Part shown: positions 28,307 to 38,206 of the stretch, one piece after another
Layout of the letters: each line of letters opens with the position of its first letter
Numbering within the stretch: position 1 is the first letter of the stretch
Source of the DNA: Caldisericia bacterium
Lineage (GTDB): Bacteria > Caldisericota > Caldisericia > JAAYUI01
Length of the DNA stretch: 64,000 nt
Direction: 5' to 3'
NCBI GenBank assembly: GCA_963674785.1
Contig: OY771555.1
Span: 1,088,001 to 1,152,000, forward strand
Program-made: the position numbers and the translations under genes
Notes under the pieces: model-generated
Database searches by the model: none
The model's input: only the letters and a program-made list of their open reading frames with translations
Told to the model about the DNA's origin: nothing

Positions 28307-30037
28307 TTATGGGTAATATGTCACACCAATATATTTAGCACAGATGAGAACATCTTCTAGTGTCACTTCTCCGTCTTCATTTACATCGAATCGACTGTCT
28401 TTTTCATCACGATCCAATGATTCAAAGATTTTCTCAATGTCTGCTGAATCAATTTTTCCATCATAGTTTGTATCGATTTGCGCAATTACGTTTTCCAACA
28501 TAATTACCTTTGAAAACTTGTCACCCTCATACTCAAAATATATGGCGATTGGAATATCCCTGCATTTGAAATTATCATCTGGGATTCTTAAATTTGCAAA
28601 GAAAGAGTATTTTTCTCCTGGAGGAAGAGTAATCTCATCTGCGAGGTAATCGCTACTGACTTTTAACTCCCGGTCAAGTGGGTTTTCGATTTCAATTCTT
28701 ACTTTTCTGTCATGAAGAAAGCCAGCTTTGACCATATCAGGAGCAGTTATTTCAATATGTTCCCTTGGTTCAATTGTTATTCTAACATTTACTCCAGAGC
28801 TGTCTTCTGATATAACCTCAACCGTTATGTTCTCTGTGTTATCACCAAACTTTGCGTTTGTGCTTGGGTTTGTTTCTGGACTGATTATTGAAATACCATC
28901 AGAAGTGTAGCAGGGGTTTGTATGCCATACATCATCTCGGGGGTTGAAAAGAATTGCATATTGCTCTCCGGTGTCGTCCCAATCGGTATTATTCCAATAA
29001 TTTGTTCTTTCATTTATTCTGTATGCAATTAATCCCTCTGATGGAATCCCACCCCAAAATGCGTCTATTCCATCTTTTATTCGGTATTCAAGAGCTAAAA
29101 TCTCTTTTGTTCCAGCAATTGGTATTTTTACATAGGCATCTTTTTCGTTTGTGATGACAGGAGGAATCTTGATTTCATGAACTCCAACTCCCGTTACTTC
29201 TGTTGGTTCGAGCCACCCGAATTTTTCTCTATGAAGACCTGTAAGACCCAGTCCACCATGCCTTGCTACCATAATATCATAGTATGTGAATGGATATGTA
29301 CAGTTGCCCATAGATGGCCCACCACAATGATAATCATAGAGGTCAGCAAGCCCTAAAACATGACCGACTTCATGAGTGGAAACCAATGCTCCGTCGCCGT
29401 AAAAACTCATGTCTTCTGTGACAAGAACCATATCAATCATGATGACCCTATCGTCACCTTCTTTTGAGTGTCTTATCTTTCCGCGACATGGCCAGAAAGC
29501 GTCATCTCTCGGATAATTTGTATATCCTTCTGCTGGACCTGCGACCACAACAACGATCACAAGGTCATTTAAAAACCAAAAATGATTATATCCTGGGTAT
29601 GAAAACCCATTCTCATAATCAATTTCAAGACCATCAGAAATTGCTTTTTCCAGAGCCCAGTTGAGGACTTCATTCCTTCGGATATCGAAATCTTCTTCAG
29701 TATCTTTCGCGTAATATCTTAGCTCCTTTGGGGCTCTGTACCACCCATTTGGCACAAAATCACCAGGTAAAATCTCCTGCTTTCCTGAAGAGGCGAGATT
29801 CCAAAACGTTCGAACAGTTTCACCCTCAACACTAAAGAATTCATCGCTGATCTCAGAATAATCTCTCATATGTGGTTGATCTGAAAAATCGACTGTCAAC
29901 AATGTGAGTTTACATTCGTCAACTTCTTCAGAGTTTGCTAATGTTCCTGGGTAAGCCAACCCGAGAGCCATGAAAAGTACTACAAAAACAATTATTGATT
30001 TTCTAATTTTCCCCATATTTGAAATGATATGTCCCAA
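28307..30037 (-). CDS. Secreted M6 (immune inhibitor A-like) zinc metalloprotease with C-terminal dockerin-like domain
   Basis: LLTVDFSD, HEVGHVLGLADLYD, YDIM, FGWLEP, EYRIKDGID; tandem DTNYDGKIDSAD / DVNEDGEVTLED EF-hand-like repeats. Confidence 0.85.
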   Translation of the reverse strand: MGHIISNMGKIRKSIIVFVVLFMALGLAYPGTLANSEEVDECKLTLLTVDFSDQPHMRDYSEISDEFFSVEGETVRTFWNLASSGKQEILPGDFVPNGWYRAPKELRYYAKDTEEDFDIRRNEVLNWALEKAISDGLEIDYENGFSYPGYNHFWFLNDLVIVVVVAGPAEGYTNYPRDDAFWPCRGKIRHSKEGDDRVIMIDMVLVTEDMSFYGDGALVSTHEVGHVLGLADLYDYHCGGPSMGNCTYPFTYYDIMVARHGGLGLTGLHREKFGWLEPTEVTGVGVHEIKIPPVITNEKDAYVKIPIAGTKEILALEYRIKDGIDAFWGGIPSEGLIAYRINERTNYWNNTDWDDTGEQYAILFNPRDDVWHTNPCYTSDGISIISPETNPSTNAKFGDNTENITVEVISEDSSGVNVRITIEPREHIEITAPDMVKAGFLHDRKVRIEIENPLDRELKVSSDYLADEITLPPGEKYSFFANLRIPDDNFKCRDIPIAIYFEYEGDKFSKVIMLENVIAQIDTNYDGKIDSADIEKIFESLDRDEKDSRFDVNEDGEVTLEDVLICAKYIGVTYYP

Positions 30038-30190
30038 CTAGCTTTGGTCAACTCCAACTTATCGTCACAAAAATTAACAATGATTTAATAGGATTCTCAA
30101 TTCAGTGCTAATGGGGAATGAAATAAAGAAGGATTCTAGCTAATTCTGTCGTCTTCATTTACTTGACAATACTGTTACCTTAGAATCAGT

Positions 30191-31099
30191 GTGTTTTCAA
30201 AAGAAGCGAAAGGGGGTATGCATAAGGTGTATACCATAATCTCTAAAGTAGACCTGGCCGATCGTATCTGCAAGTATGTCTTTCTAGCTCCTCAGATTGC
30301 AAAAAAAGCAAAACCCGGACAATTCGTGATGATTCGTGTTGATGATGAAGGTGAAAGAATCCCGCTTACGGTTGCAGACACTGACCCTGAAAAAGGAACT
30401 GTGACAATTGTTGTTCAATCTGTAGGTACAACCACAAAAAAGCTCCATTGTAAATGCGAAGGTGAGAGCATTAATGATTTGGTTGGACCACTTGGAACGC
30501 CAACTCATCTTGAGGGACACAAGAATGCTGTTTGTGTCGCTGGAGGTGTTGGAATTGCGGAAATTCATCCAATTGCCAGAGGCCTCAAAAATGCCGGTGC
30601 CCATGTGACATCGATTATTGGATCAAGAAATCATGATCTTCTGTTTTTTGAGGAAGAGATGAAAAAAGCTTCGGATGAGCTCATTGTTACAACAGATGAT
30701 GGAAGTTATGGAATTAAAGGGCTTGTTCTCAATCCTCTTAAGGAAATGATGGATGCTGGAAAACAGATTGATATAGTGTTCTGTGTTGGTCCAGTTATCA
30801 TGATGAGAGAGGTTTCAAAAGCAACAAAACCTTATGGGATTCCAACATTTGTTTCACTTAACCCATTGATGGTTGATGGAACAGGAATGTGCGGAGCATG
30901 CCGTGTTACTGTTGGCGGAGAAACAAAATTTGCCTGTGTTGATGGTCCAGATTTCAATGGACACGACGTGGATTTTGATGAACTAATGGGTAGATTGGTT
31001 GCCTTCAAAAATGACGAAGGTGCATCACTTGAACATTGGGAAAATCATGTTTGCAAATGCCATGGTAAAGAAGGAGAATGCACATGCCAAGAGAAATAA
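30191..31099 (+). CDS. nfnA: NfnA/SudB-like FAD/NAD-binding subunit (PyrK-like) of electron-bifurcating transhydrogenase
   Basis: PGQFV, GERIPLT, GPLG, AGGVG, LNPLMVDGTGMCGACRV, CVDGP; coupled to a GltD-like gene. Likely start near 30218-30227. Confidence 0.85.
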   Translation: MFSKEAKGGMHKVYTIISKVDLADRICKYVFLAPQIAKKAKPGQFVMIRVDDEGERIPLTVADTDPEKGTVTIVVQSVGTTTKKLHCKCEGESINDLVGPLGTPTHLEGHKNAVCVAGGVGIAEIHPIARGLKNAGAHVTSIIGSRNHDLLFFEEEMKKASDELIVTTDDGSYGIKGLVLNPLKEMMDAGKQIDIVFCVGPVIMMREVSKATKPYGIPTFVSLNPLMVDGTGMCGACRVTVGGETKFACVDGPDFNGHDVDFDELMGRLVAFKNDEGASLEHWENHVCKCHGKEGECTCQEK

Positions 31100-32490
31100 A
31101 AAAGGTTAGAATTCCAACAGCAGAGCTTCCACCAAAAGAAAGAGCAAGAACCTTCGATGAGGTGAACTGTGGATATACCCACGAGCAGGCAATTGAAGAA
31201 GCAAGCAGATGTATCCAGTGTAAAAATGAGCCATGTGTAAAGGGTTGTCCTGTTGAAGTTCCAATTAGGGATTTCATCGCCTTTATTGCTGAAGGTGATA
31301 TGGCAAGCGCAATTGCAAAAAATAAGGAAAAGAACAATCTGCCAGGAATCTGCGGCAGAGTTTGTCCCCAGGAAAGTCAGTGTGAATCAGTATGTACGAT
31401 GGCAAAGATGGGTGATGCAATAAATATCGGTAAACTCGAAAGATATATCGCAGACTGGGAGTTAAAGAATAAAAATGGTGATGCTTGTGCGGTTGGCTCC
31501 CCAAAATGTGAACCAAGCAAGGGTAAAAAAATTGCTGTTGTTGGTGCTGGTCCTGCCGGACTTACATGTGCTGGAGACCTTGCAAGAATGGGTTATGATG
31601 TCACGATTTTTGAAGCTCTCCATAAACCAGGTGGTGTACTTGCATATGGAATTCCTCCATTTAGACTTCCAAGACCAACGATTGCAGCTGAGGTAGATTA
31701 TGTAAAAAGCCTTGGAGTTGAAATCAGATATAACCAGGTAATTGGAAAGATCCAAACACTCGAAGAGCTTTTTAATGATGGTTATAAAGCAGTTTTCCTT
31801 GGAACTGGTGCTGGCCTTCCATCGTTCCTCAGGGTTCCTGGTGTGAACGCTAATGGAGTTTTCTCCGCAAATGAATACCTTACCAGAATCAATCTCATGA
31901 ATGCAAAAGCATTCCCAGACACAGATACCCCTGTTTGGAAAGGTAAAAGAGTTGCCGTTGTTGGTTGTGGTAATGTTGCTATGGATGCTGTCCGTTCTGC
32001 CCTCAGACTTGGTGCCGATAAAGCAATGATTATCTATAGAAGAACAATCAAAGAGATGACAGCAAGAGAAGAAGAATATCACCATGCTCACGAAGAGGGT
32101 GTTGAGTTCAATTGGTTGACAAATCCTGTTGAAATAATTCCAGATGAAAAGAACTTCGTTAAAGCAATCAAACTCATGAAAATGGAACTTGGTGAACCAG
32201 ATGATTCTGGCAGAAGAAGACCTGTTCCTATTGAAGGTTCAGAGTATGTTGAAGAAGTTGATACAGTAATTATTGCTCTTGGAACCTCACCAAACCCACT
32301 CATCCCATCTGTTACCCCAAAACTCAAGACAACCAAATGGGGCAACTATGAGGCAGATGACAAACTCATGACAACCTATCCTGGAGTATTCACAGGTGGT
32401 GATGCGCTAACAGGTGCAGCAACTGTAATTGAAGCTATGGGTGCTGGAAAAATTGCCGCAAGATCAATTGCTGAGTACGTAGGTGAATAG
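31078..32490 (+). CDS. nfnB: NfnB/SudA (NADPH-dependent glutamate synthase small-subunit-like)
   Basis: EASRCIQC...CVKGCPV, CGRVCPQESQCE, GAGPAG, YGIPPFRLP, GCGNVAMD, GGDALTGAATVI. Confidence 0.9.
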   Translation: MHMPREIKKVRIPTAELPPKERARTFDEVNCGYTHEQAIEEASRCIQCKNEPCVKGCPVEVPIRDFIAFIAEGDMASAIAKNKEKNNLPGICGRVCPQESQCESVCTMAKMGDAINIGKLERYIADWELKNKNGDACAVGSPKCEPSKGKKIAVVGAGPAGLTCAGDLARMGYDVTIFEALHKPGGVLAYGIPPFRLPRPTIAAEVDYVKSLGVEIRYNQVIGKIQTLEELFNDGYKAVFLGTGAGLPSFLRVPGVNANGVFSANEYLTRINLMNAKAFPDTDTPVWKGKRVAVVGCGNVAMDAVRSALRLGADKAMIIYRRTIKEMTAREEEYHHAHEEGVEFNWLTNPVEIIPDEKNFVKAIKLMKMELGEPDDSGRRRPVPIEGSEYVEEVDTVIIALGTSPNPLIPSVTPKLKTTKWGNYEADDKLMTTYPGVFTGGDALTGAATVIEAMGAGKIAARSIAEYVGE

Positions 32491-32543
32491 GTAAGAATTT
32501 AGGTAATTGCCACAGATTGGTTTGTGGGATATAATTTAGTCTC

Positions 32544-33566
32544 ATGAAAAAAGCTGAGTTGTGGTTAACAGAAGGAAGAAAAGGTATCAGATGCACCGCT
32601 TGTGTTAAGCGGTGCATCATTCCTGTTGGGAGAACGGGATATTGTGGTACAAGGGAAAATGTTGATGGAGAGCTTTTCTTAAACACCTGGGGTCATATTG
32701 CTGGTAGTGGGTCGATGGACAATATTGAAAAGAAACCCCTCTATCATTTTTACCCCGGAACCCTCGTGTATTCTATTGGAGGATGGGGGTGTAATTTTAG
32801 GTGTGGAATGTGTCAAAATCATCATATAGCACATATTGTTCCACATTTGTCAGATGGGGACATTGTCACACCAAAGCAACTTGTTGAAGAGGCAATCAAC
32901 AAGAAGGCAAGAGGAATTGCTTTTACCTATAACGAACCTGCAATCTGGACTGAATACATAAGGGAGACATTCAAGTTAGCCAAACAATATGATCTCTATA
33001 CCGTTACAGTTACAAATGGAACATTTACAAAAGAGGCACTTGATTACATTGGTGAGTTTACTGATGCGAGTGCAGTTGATATTAAGGGGATGTCAGATAT
33101 CACGCTCTCACATGTCGGCGTTGAGGGGATTGATCCAGATGATATTCTTGAAAACACTATGTATGCAAGGGATAGGTGGGGTATCCATGTTGAGTGTATC
33201 ACAAATGTTATCCCCACCGTAAACGATCCAGATGATGAACTAATCTCAATTGCAACCTGGATAAGGGATAATCTTGGACCAAGAGTACCGTGGCATGTAA
33301 CAAGATTTTTCCCAGCCTTAAGGTTCAATCACCTGATGCCAACTGACCTGGCGGTTTTGAATAGAGCTTATAGAATTGGCCTAGATGTCGGTTTGAGTTT
33401 TGTTTATGTGGGAAATATTATGGGTGGCACTGGAACATCAACAATATGCCCCAATTGTAGGTCGATTGTTGTTGAGAGGGATGGGAATAAAATCAAGGAA
33501 AAACGAACTGTTGCCGGTAGATGTTCCAAATGTGGTGAACCTTTGGGGATCATTGAAGATACATAA
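32544..33566 (+). CDS. amrS: AmmeMemoRadiSam system radical SAM enzyme
   Basis: C..C...C...G..GYCGTREN, IEKKPLYHFYPG, GCNFRCGMCQN, FTYNEP, PWHVTRFFP, VYVGN, C-terminal CPNC/CSKC. Confidence 0.9.
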   Translation: MKKAELWLTEGRKGIRCTACVKRCIIPVGRTGYCGTRENVDGELFLNTWGHIAGSGSMDNIEKKPLYHFYPGTLVYSIGGWGCNFRCGMCQNHHIAHIVPHLSDGDIVTPKQLVEEAINKKARGIAFTYNEPAIWTEYIRETFKLAKQYDLYTVTVTNGTFTKEALDYIGEFTDASAVDIKGMSDITLSHVGVEGIDPDDILENTMYARDRWGIHVECITNVIPTVNDPDDELISIATWIRDNLGPRVPWHVTRFFPALRFNHLMPTDLAVLNRAYRIGLDVGLSFVYVGNIMGGTGTSTICPNCRSIVVERDGNKIKEKRTVAGRCSKCGEPLGIIEDT

Positions 33567-33571
33567 TATAG

Positions 33572-34156
33572 ATGGAAAAAAATAAAAACGCAAAAATTAT
33601 TCTTGCTTCAAAATCCCCGCGAAGGGTTAAGCTGCTTGAGCTTTTGGGGATTGAGTTTGATGTTTGTACAGCGTATTTCAAAGAAAAGGAACTAGAAACC
33701 GCAGAAAAGACGGTTATCTACAACGCAGAAGGAAAGGCAAACATTATTTCTGAGATGCTTCCTGGAAACGTTGTTTTAGCTGGGGATACGGTAATTGATG
33801 TTGATGGAGAGCAGATCGGAAAACCTGCAGATATTTATACTGCAAGAAAAGTATTGGAGTTTTTGTCTGGTAAGACTCATCGTGTGATTTCTGCTGTATC
33901 GATGAAGATAACCGACTATGATATTGTGACCGAGCTGTCAGAAACTCATATTTCATTTGATACGCTCTCAAAAAAAATGATCGATGACTATATAAGGAAA
34001 GTGAGTGTCACAGATAAGGCCGGGGCTTATGGAATTCAGGAGTATGGGTATATGTTAATAAATGGCGTTTCAGGGGAGATTTCTAATGTAATGGGATTAC
34101 CACTTACTGCAACCTTCAAGCTGCTAAGGCTTGCAAGGAAACTTGGTTTTATATAG
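33572..34156 (+). CDS. maf: Maf family nucleoside triphosphate pyrophosphatase
   Basis: IILASKSPRR, GDTV, GKP, LSGKTH, DKAGAYGIQ, NVMGLP. Confidence 0.92.
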   Translation: MEKNKNAKIILASKSPRRVKLLELLGIEFDVCTAYFKEKELETAEKTVIYNAEGKANIISEMLPGNVVLAGDTVIDVDGEQIGKPADIYTARKVLEFLSGKTHRVISAVSMKITDYDIVTELSETHISFDTLSKKMIDDYIRKVSVTDKAGAYGIQEYGYMLINGVSGEISNVMGLPLTATFKLLRLARKLGFI

Positions 34157-34820
34157 AATTGGGAACATGGCAAGAGTTAAGACACCTGAGTCGGCGATCT
34201 CTATTAAGGGAGGAATCAACGGGGCTATTATTCATCTAGACGATAGCTACCGATTATCGACGCTTTTTAATATGCTTGAGAAAAAAGTCAGACAAAATAA
34301 GCAGTTTTTTTCTCATGGGACAATTACGATAAACCTTAAGAATAGACTGTTTACTAAGTTGGAACTTGGGTATCTCAAGAATCTTCTGATGTTTAAGTAT
34401 GGAGTTGAAATCCGAACCGATTCAGCTCCCGATTCTGTGAATGCAGAAAATTCTGTCCCAACACCGGTCAAAGCACCCGAGAAAGCTAATGATGATGGTT
34501 GCAAAGTTATTAAACATACCTTGAGAGCTGGACAATATGTTGAATCGAAGGGTGATATTGTAATCATAGGTGATGTTAACCCTGGTGCTGAGGTGAAAGC
34601 TGGCAAGAATGTTTTTGTATACGGCATTCTCAGAGGTCGGGTTGAAGCCGGTGCAAATGGTGACTCTTCAGCATATATCGTGGCACTCGATTTTGAACCT
34701 GTGCAATTGAAGATTGGCGACAAGATTGCAACATCTCCAGCAGAAGGATTCAAAAGGGAACTTAGACCTCAAAAAGCGTTTGTCCATGATGGCTCGATTG
34801 TCGTCGAATTTCTAAGATAA
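34131..34820 (+). CDS. minC: Septum site-determining protein MinC (likely start 34167)
   Basis: IKG N-terminus; TLRAGQ, GDIVIIGDVNPGAEVKAGKNVFVYGILRGRVEAG, PVQLKIG. Confidence 0.9.
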   Translation: MQGNLVLYRIGNMARVKTPESAISIKGGINGAIIHLDDSYRLSTLFNMLEKKVRQNKQFFSHGTITINLKNRLFTKLELGYLKNLLMFKYGVEIRTDSAPDSVNAENSVPTPVKAPEKANDDGCKVIKHTLRAGQYVESKGDIVIIGDVNPGAEVKAGKNVFVYGILRGRVEAGANGDSSAYIVALDFEPVQLKIGDKIATSPAEGFKRELRPQKAFVHDGSIVVEFLR

Positions 34821-34868
34821 AAAACCAGAAGATTTGCCTTTTTTATGATTTAGTTTTATCATGAGGGC

Positions 34869-36560
34869 ATGAGAAAACTGCTTGTTTTTGTTGTTGTTTT
34901 GGGTTTAGTGCTTCCTATCTTAACATTGAACGCTGAGCAAATCGGGATATCCCTTCAGATCGGAAACGAATATGCGACAGTAAATGGTGAAAAAGTAAAG
35001 CTTGATTCGCCACCAGTCATTGTTAATGGGAGAACGATGGTTCCATTACGTTTTATTTCTGAAAGTATTGGAGCTGAGATTAGCTGGCAAGCTGAAACTA
35101 AATCAATACATATTACCCAGGAAAAACCTGAGATTATCAAACTTGAACGTTTTTATGATTTTGTTTCAACCCTATTTGATGAGGCAGAGGGTACTATTGA
35201 TTTTTTCATAAACATTGAGAGATTGGTTGAGATTAAAGATATTTTCAAAGGGAAAACAAATAATGATTTGAAGGTGAGAATCATAGCCATTTGTTCAAAA
35301 CCTTATTCTGATGCTTCTAAATTGGATGATGAGCTAGAAAATAATGGATGCAGATTGTTATGGTATAACACAGAAGATCCAATGTATGGCTATATTATCC
35401 GCGATGGAGCTGATGTTCTCTTGATTGATGAGAAGCTTTTGGTCTATATGTCAGATAAAGATCAGGCAGACGAATTGATAGTTAGCTTTGATTCCTATTG
35501 GAATTCTAGTGAAGTAGTTGACAAACCAACTCTTGTTGAGTTGAAACCACCCGAAGGTTTTATAAAAGTTCCAGCAAATCCAAAATTTGGAATTTCAGAA
35601 CCTTTTTATGTTTCAAAGTATGAGATGAAAATCAAAGGCGAGGATAATGGTGAGAAGGGATACAAGGAATCATATGTTGCAGAGTGCAGGGCAAGTGGGA
35701 CTCCTTGGATAGGTCTTACCCAGGTTGAAGCAAAGAAAGCATGTGAAGTGCTCGGTGATGGATATTCGCTTATCACAAACGATGAGTGGATGACAATAGC
35801 ACACAGCATTGAATCAAACCCAAAAAACTGGAGCGATAATGAAACCCACCTGGTTGGGCAGAATACAGCAAAACTAAATGTTGGAAACGTTTGCAGATAT
35901 GGTAATCGTGGAACTGGTGCAAGAATAAGTGTTGGTCAGAAGAAACCATATTACGGAGAAGGAGTATTGTCCGCATCTGAGAATGATGAACTCGGATGTT
36001 TCGGGTTCGAAGAGTTCTCGGCTGGAAGTTTTGGTATTGTTGAAAAACCTGAACTAAACTCAAATGGTTGGAATATGTATAGAAGAACTCACTATCTTTC
36101 AAACGATGAAGTCATATGGGATTTTTCAGGGAATGTTTGGGAATGGACAGACTGGTATATCGAGTGGTCAAAAGATAGAGCAAGAATTGATGACAATTTT
36201 GATGAGAATTATCTTGAGATAAATGCCTGTAATACTTTCAGTTCGAAGATGAAAGCAGAAGATATCCAGAGTTTGAATCCTGATATAACCGATTCTTCAA
36301 GGTACACAGGAGATAACTATTATCCAAACGGTGAAGACACTTATGGGATAACTGCTGACAAATATACAAATTTCAATTTGCTTGGAAGATTTCACCCAAC
36401 TAGCAGGGATAGAACTGCAGGTGTTGCTATGCGTGGATGTAGTTTGATGCACGGAGATTCAACTGCTGGAATATATTCGATTGCAATGGGATATGGACCT
36501 GATCCTGATCATATCCAGTGTAAAGTTGGATTTAGATGTGTATGGAGACCTGTAAAATAG
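34869..36560 (+). CDS. Secreted stalk domain + FGE-sulfatase/C-type-lectin-fold protein
   Basis: Signal peptide; GRTMVPLRFISESIG; FYVSKYE, LITNDEW, WDFSGNVWEW, terminal VGFRCV. Confidence 0.8.
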   Translation: MRKLLVFVVVLGLVLPILTLNAEQIGISLQIGNEYATVNGEKVKLDSPPVIVNGRTMVPLRFISESIGAEISWQAETKSIHITQEKPEIIKLERFYDFVSTLFDEAEGTIDFFINIERLVEIKDIFKGKTNNDLKVRIIAICSKPYSDASKLDDELENNGCRLLWYNTEDPMYGYIIRDGADVLLIDEKLLVYMSDKDQADELIVSFDSYWNSSEVVDKPTLVELKPPEGFIKVPANPKFGISEPFYVSKYEMKIKGEDNGEKGYKESYVAECRASGTPWIGLTQVEAKKACEVLGDGYSLITNDEWMTIAHSIESNPKNWSDNETHLVGQNTAKLNVGNVCRYGNRGTGARISVGQKKPYYGEGVLSASENDELGCFGFEEFSAGSFGIVEKPELNSNGWNMYRRTHYLSNDEVIWDFSGNVWEWTDWYIEWSKDRARIDDNFDENYLEINACNTFSSKMKAEDIQSLNPDITDSSRYTGDNYYPNGEDTYGITADKYTNFNLLGRFHPTSRDRTAGVAMRGCSLMHGDSTAGIYSIAMGYGPDPDHIQCKVGFRCVWRPVK

Positions 36561-36647
36561 GTACTTTTTTAAAGTTAAAAGCCGGTAAGTAACTTTTCTA
36601 TACTAGCAGGCGTAGTAATATTTATAACCAGAAAAGGAGGTTATAAA

Positions 36648-37376
36648 GTGAAAAAAGTTTTAGTACTAGCATTAGTAGGAATCATGTTGATAGGTGCAGG
36701 AGCTGTTGTTTTTGCAGCACAGACAGAAATCTGGGGGAGAGTCGAAAGTATTGATGGTAATGTAATTACTGCTTCCAATAACAGACTAGGTGAAATCACA
36801 ATCACAGTTGATAGCTCATCAGAGATTACAATTGATGGAGAAAGTGCATCAATCAGTGATATTGTGGTTCCATCTGGATTCAGAGGAACCGTTGAAGAAG
36901 TCAGTGAAAGCAACTATAAAGCAGTTGAGCTTGATTTCAAAGCAAGTTGTGCAGGTGGGGACCCAGGCAGCGGGGGACCAGGTAATGGTGGACCACCAGA
37001 TGGTGTGGAGCCAGGTTCATTTGTCGGTGGATTTGTTGTTAGTGTTAACGAGTCAACAAGAACAATTGTTATCAACAACAGAAGAGATGACACAGATTAT
37101 ACTGTAAAGCTTACATCGGATGCAGTAATCACAAAGGATGATGTTGAGGTAGCTCTCTCGGAAATCAGTGTTGATGACCACTTGATGTTTGATGCCGAAA
37201 AGCAGGATGACGGAACATATCTTGCAACCTCAGGGAGAATTGATGACATGCCAAGAGGCGGCGGAGCTGGTAACGGCGGCGGCACACCACCAGAAGATGG
37301 AAACAATGGTGGCAGAAAAGGTGGAAGAGGTGGACAGTCCGGAAGTGGCGGAAAAGGTGGAAGAGGAGGTAACTAA
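36648..37376 (+). CDS. Secreted protein with two DUF5666-like beta-barrel repeats and a Gly-rich tail
   Basis: Two G.V.S.......V...A.I..D.....SDI.V repeats; SD AAGGAGG. Confidence 0.65.
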   Translation: MKKVLVLALVGIMLIGAGAVVFAAQTEIWGRVESIDGNVITASNNRLGEITITVDSSSEITIDGESASISDIVVPSGFRGTVEEVSESNYKAVELDFKASCAGGDPGSGGPGNGGPPDGVEPGSFVGGFVVSVNESTRTIVINNRRDDTDYTVKLTSDAVITKDDVEVALSEISVDDHLMFDAEKQDDGTYLATSGRIDDMPRGGGAGNGGGTPPEDGNNGGRKGGRGGQSGSGGKGGRGGN

Positions 37377-37403
37377 AAACCAACCTTTCTAAACTTCTCT
37401 TTG

Positions 37404-37432
37404 AAAAGGGCAACATGAGTTGCCCTTTTTTT
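37404..37432 (+). terminator. Intrinsic terminator
   Basis: AAAAGGGCAAC-ATGA-GTTGCCCTTTTTTT. Confidence 0.85.
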
Positions 37433-37609
37433 AAGAAACATATTCACTGCATTTGTGTCAAAGCTAGCGCAAGAAAAAATCAAATTTTGTTGTATCAAAA
37501 TTTTGAGCGAAAACTAAGCTGTTAATAAACCCGAGCTCACAGATTGCTAACAAAGTTGTGTTATTTATTGGTTAGATATTGATAGTTGATTTTTTAAAGG
37601 AATATAGAA

Positions 37610-38128
37610 ATGGAAAAAGTAGAGCACAGTTCACGGTCAATACTTTTAGGTGTTATCAAAGAGGAACTATTGGACAAATCAGCCAATCAGATCAGCAGAT
37701 TTGATTTGAGAGATGGGATGACTGTAGTTGATTACACTTGTTGTTCGGGGAAGAATTTGAAGGCTTTATCAGATATGGTGGGTGTAGATGGGGAAGTGAT
37801 TGCGGTGGATATTGACCCACGAGGCATAAAAACTCAAAAGAAAATAGCCTCACGACATAAACTTAAAAATGTAGAGATTTGTTATGGAACTGAGTATGAT
37901 TCGACTCTGCCTGACGATATTGCAGATGTTGTTATTGTTTCTGATTTGTTTTGCAAAACCAGGAGACCAGGTTTGATGCTTTCTGAGTTTAGAAGGATTT
38001 TGAAAAACACTGGAACTGTCTATGTTGATGTTAATGATAAATCAATGGAAGAGGCAATAAAAAGATTTGAAGAATCGAGCATCTGGACGATTGTTTCAAG
38101 ACATAAAAGTTACATAGTTTGCAAATAG
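37610..38128 (+). CDS. Methyltransferase-domain protein
   Basis: GMTVVDYTCCSG, VIAVDID, ADVV, EFRRILK..G. Confidence 0.75.
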   Translation: MEKVEHSSRSILLGVIKEELLDKSANQISRFDLRDGMTVVDYTCCSGKNLKALSDMVGVDGEVIAVDIDPRGIKTQKKIASRHKLKNVEICYGTEYDSTLPDDIADVVIVSDLFCKTRRPGLMLSEFRRILKNTGTVYVDVNDKSMEEAIKRFEESSIWTIVSRHKSYIVCK

Positions 38129-38206
38129 AAGGAACTTGATCGATAACCGATTGTAAGATTTTGTGAATCACTTGAATGAAAGGTTTTGGATATCTAGAAT
38201 CAGTTT

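Noticed and set aside
31462-32091. 209-aa minus-strand ORF, and the similar 57954-58580 plus-strand ORF
   Set aside because: Fully overlap conserved nfnB and Fe-S genes on the opposite strand.
30191-32490. Glutamate synthase
   Set aside because: No large subunit (gltB); pairing with a PyrK-like gene indicates NfnAB/SudAB.
34869-36560. Complete diversity-generating retroelement
   Set aside because: No reverse transcriptase, Avd or template repeat in the window.
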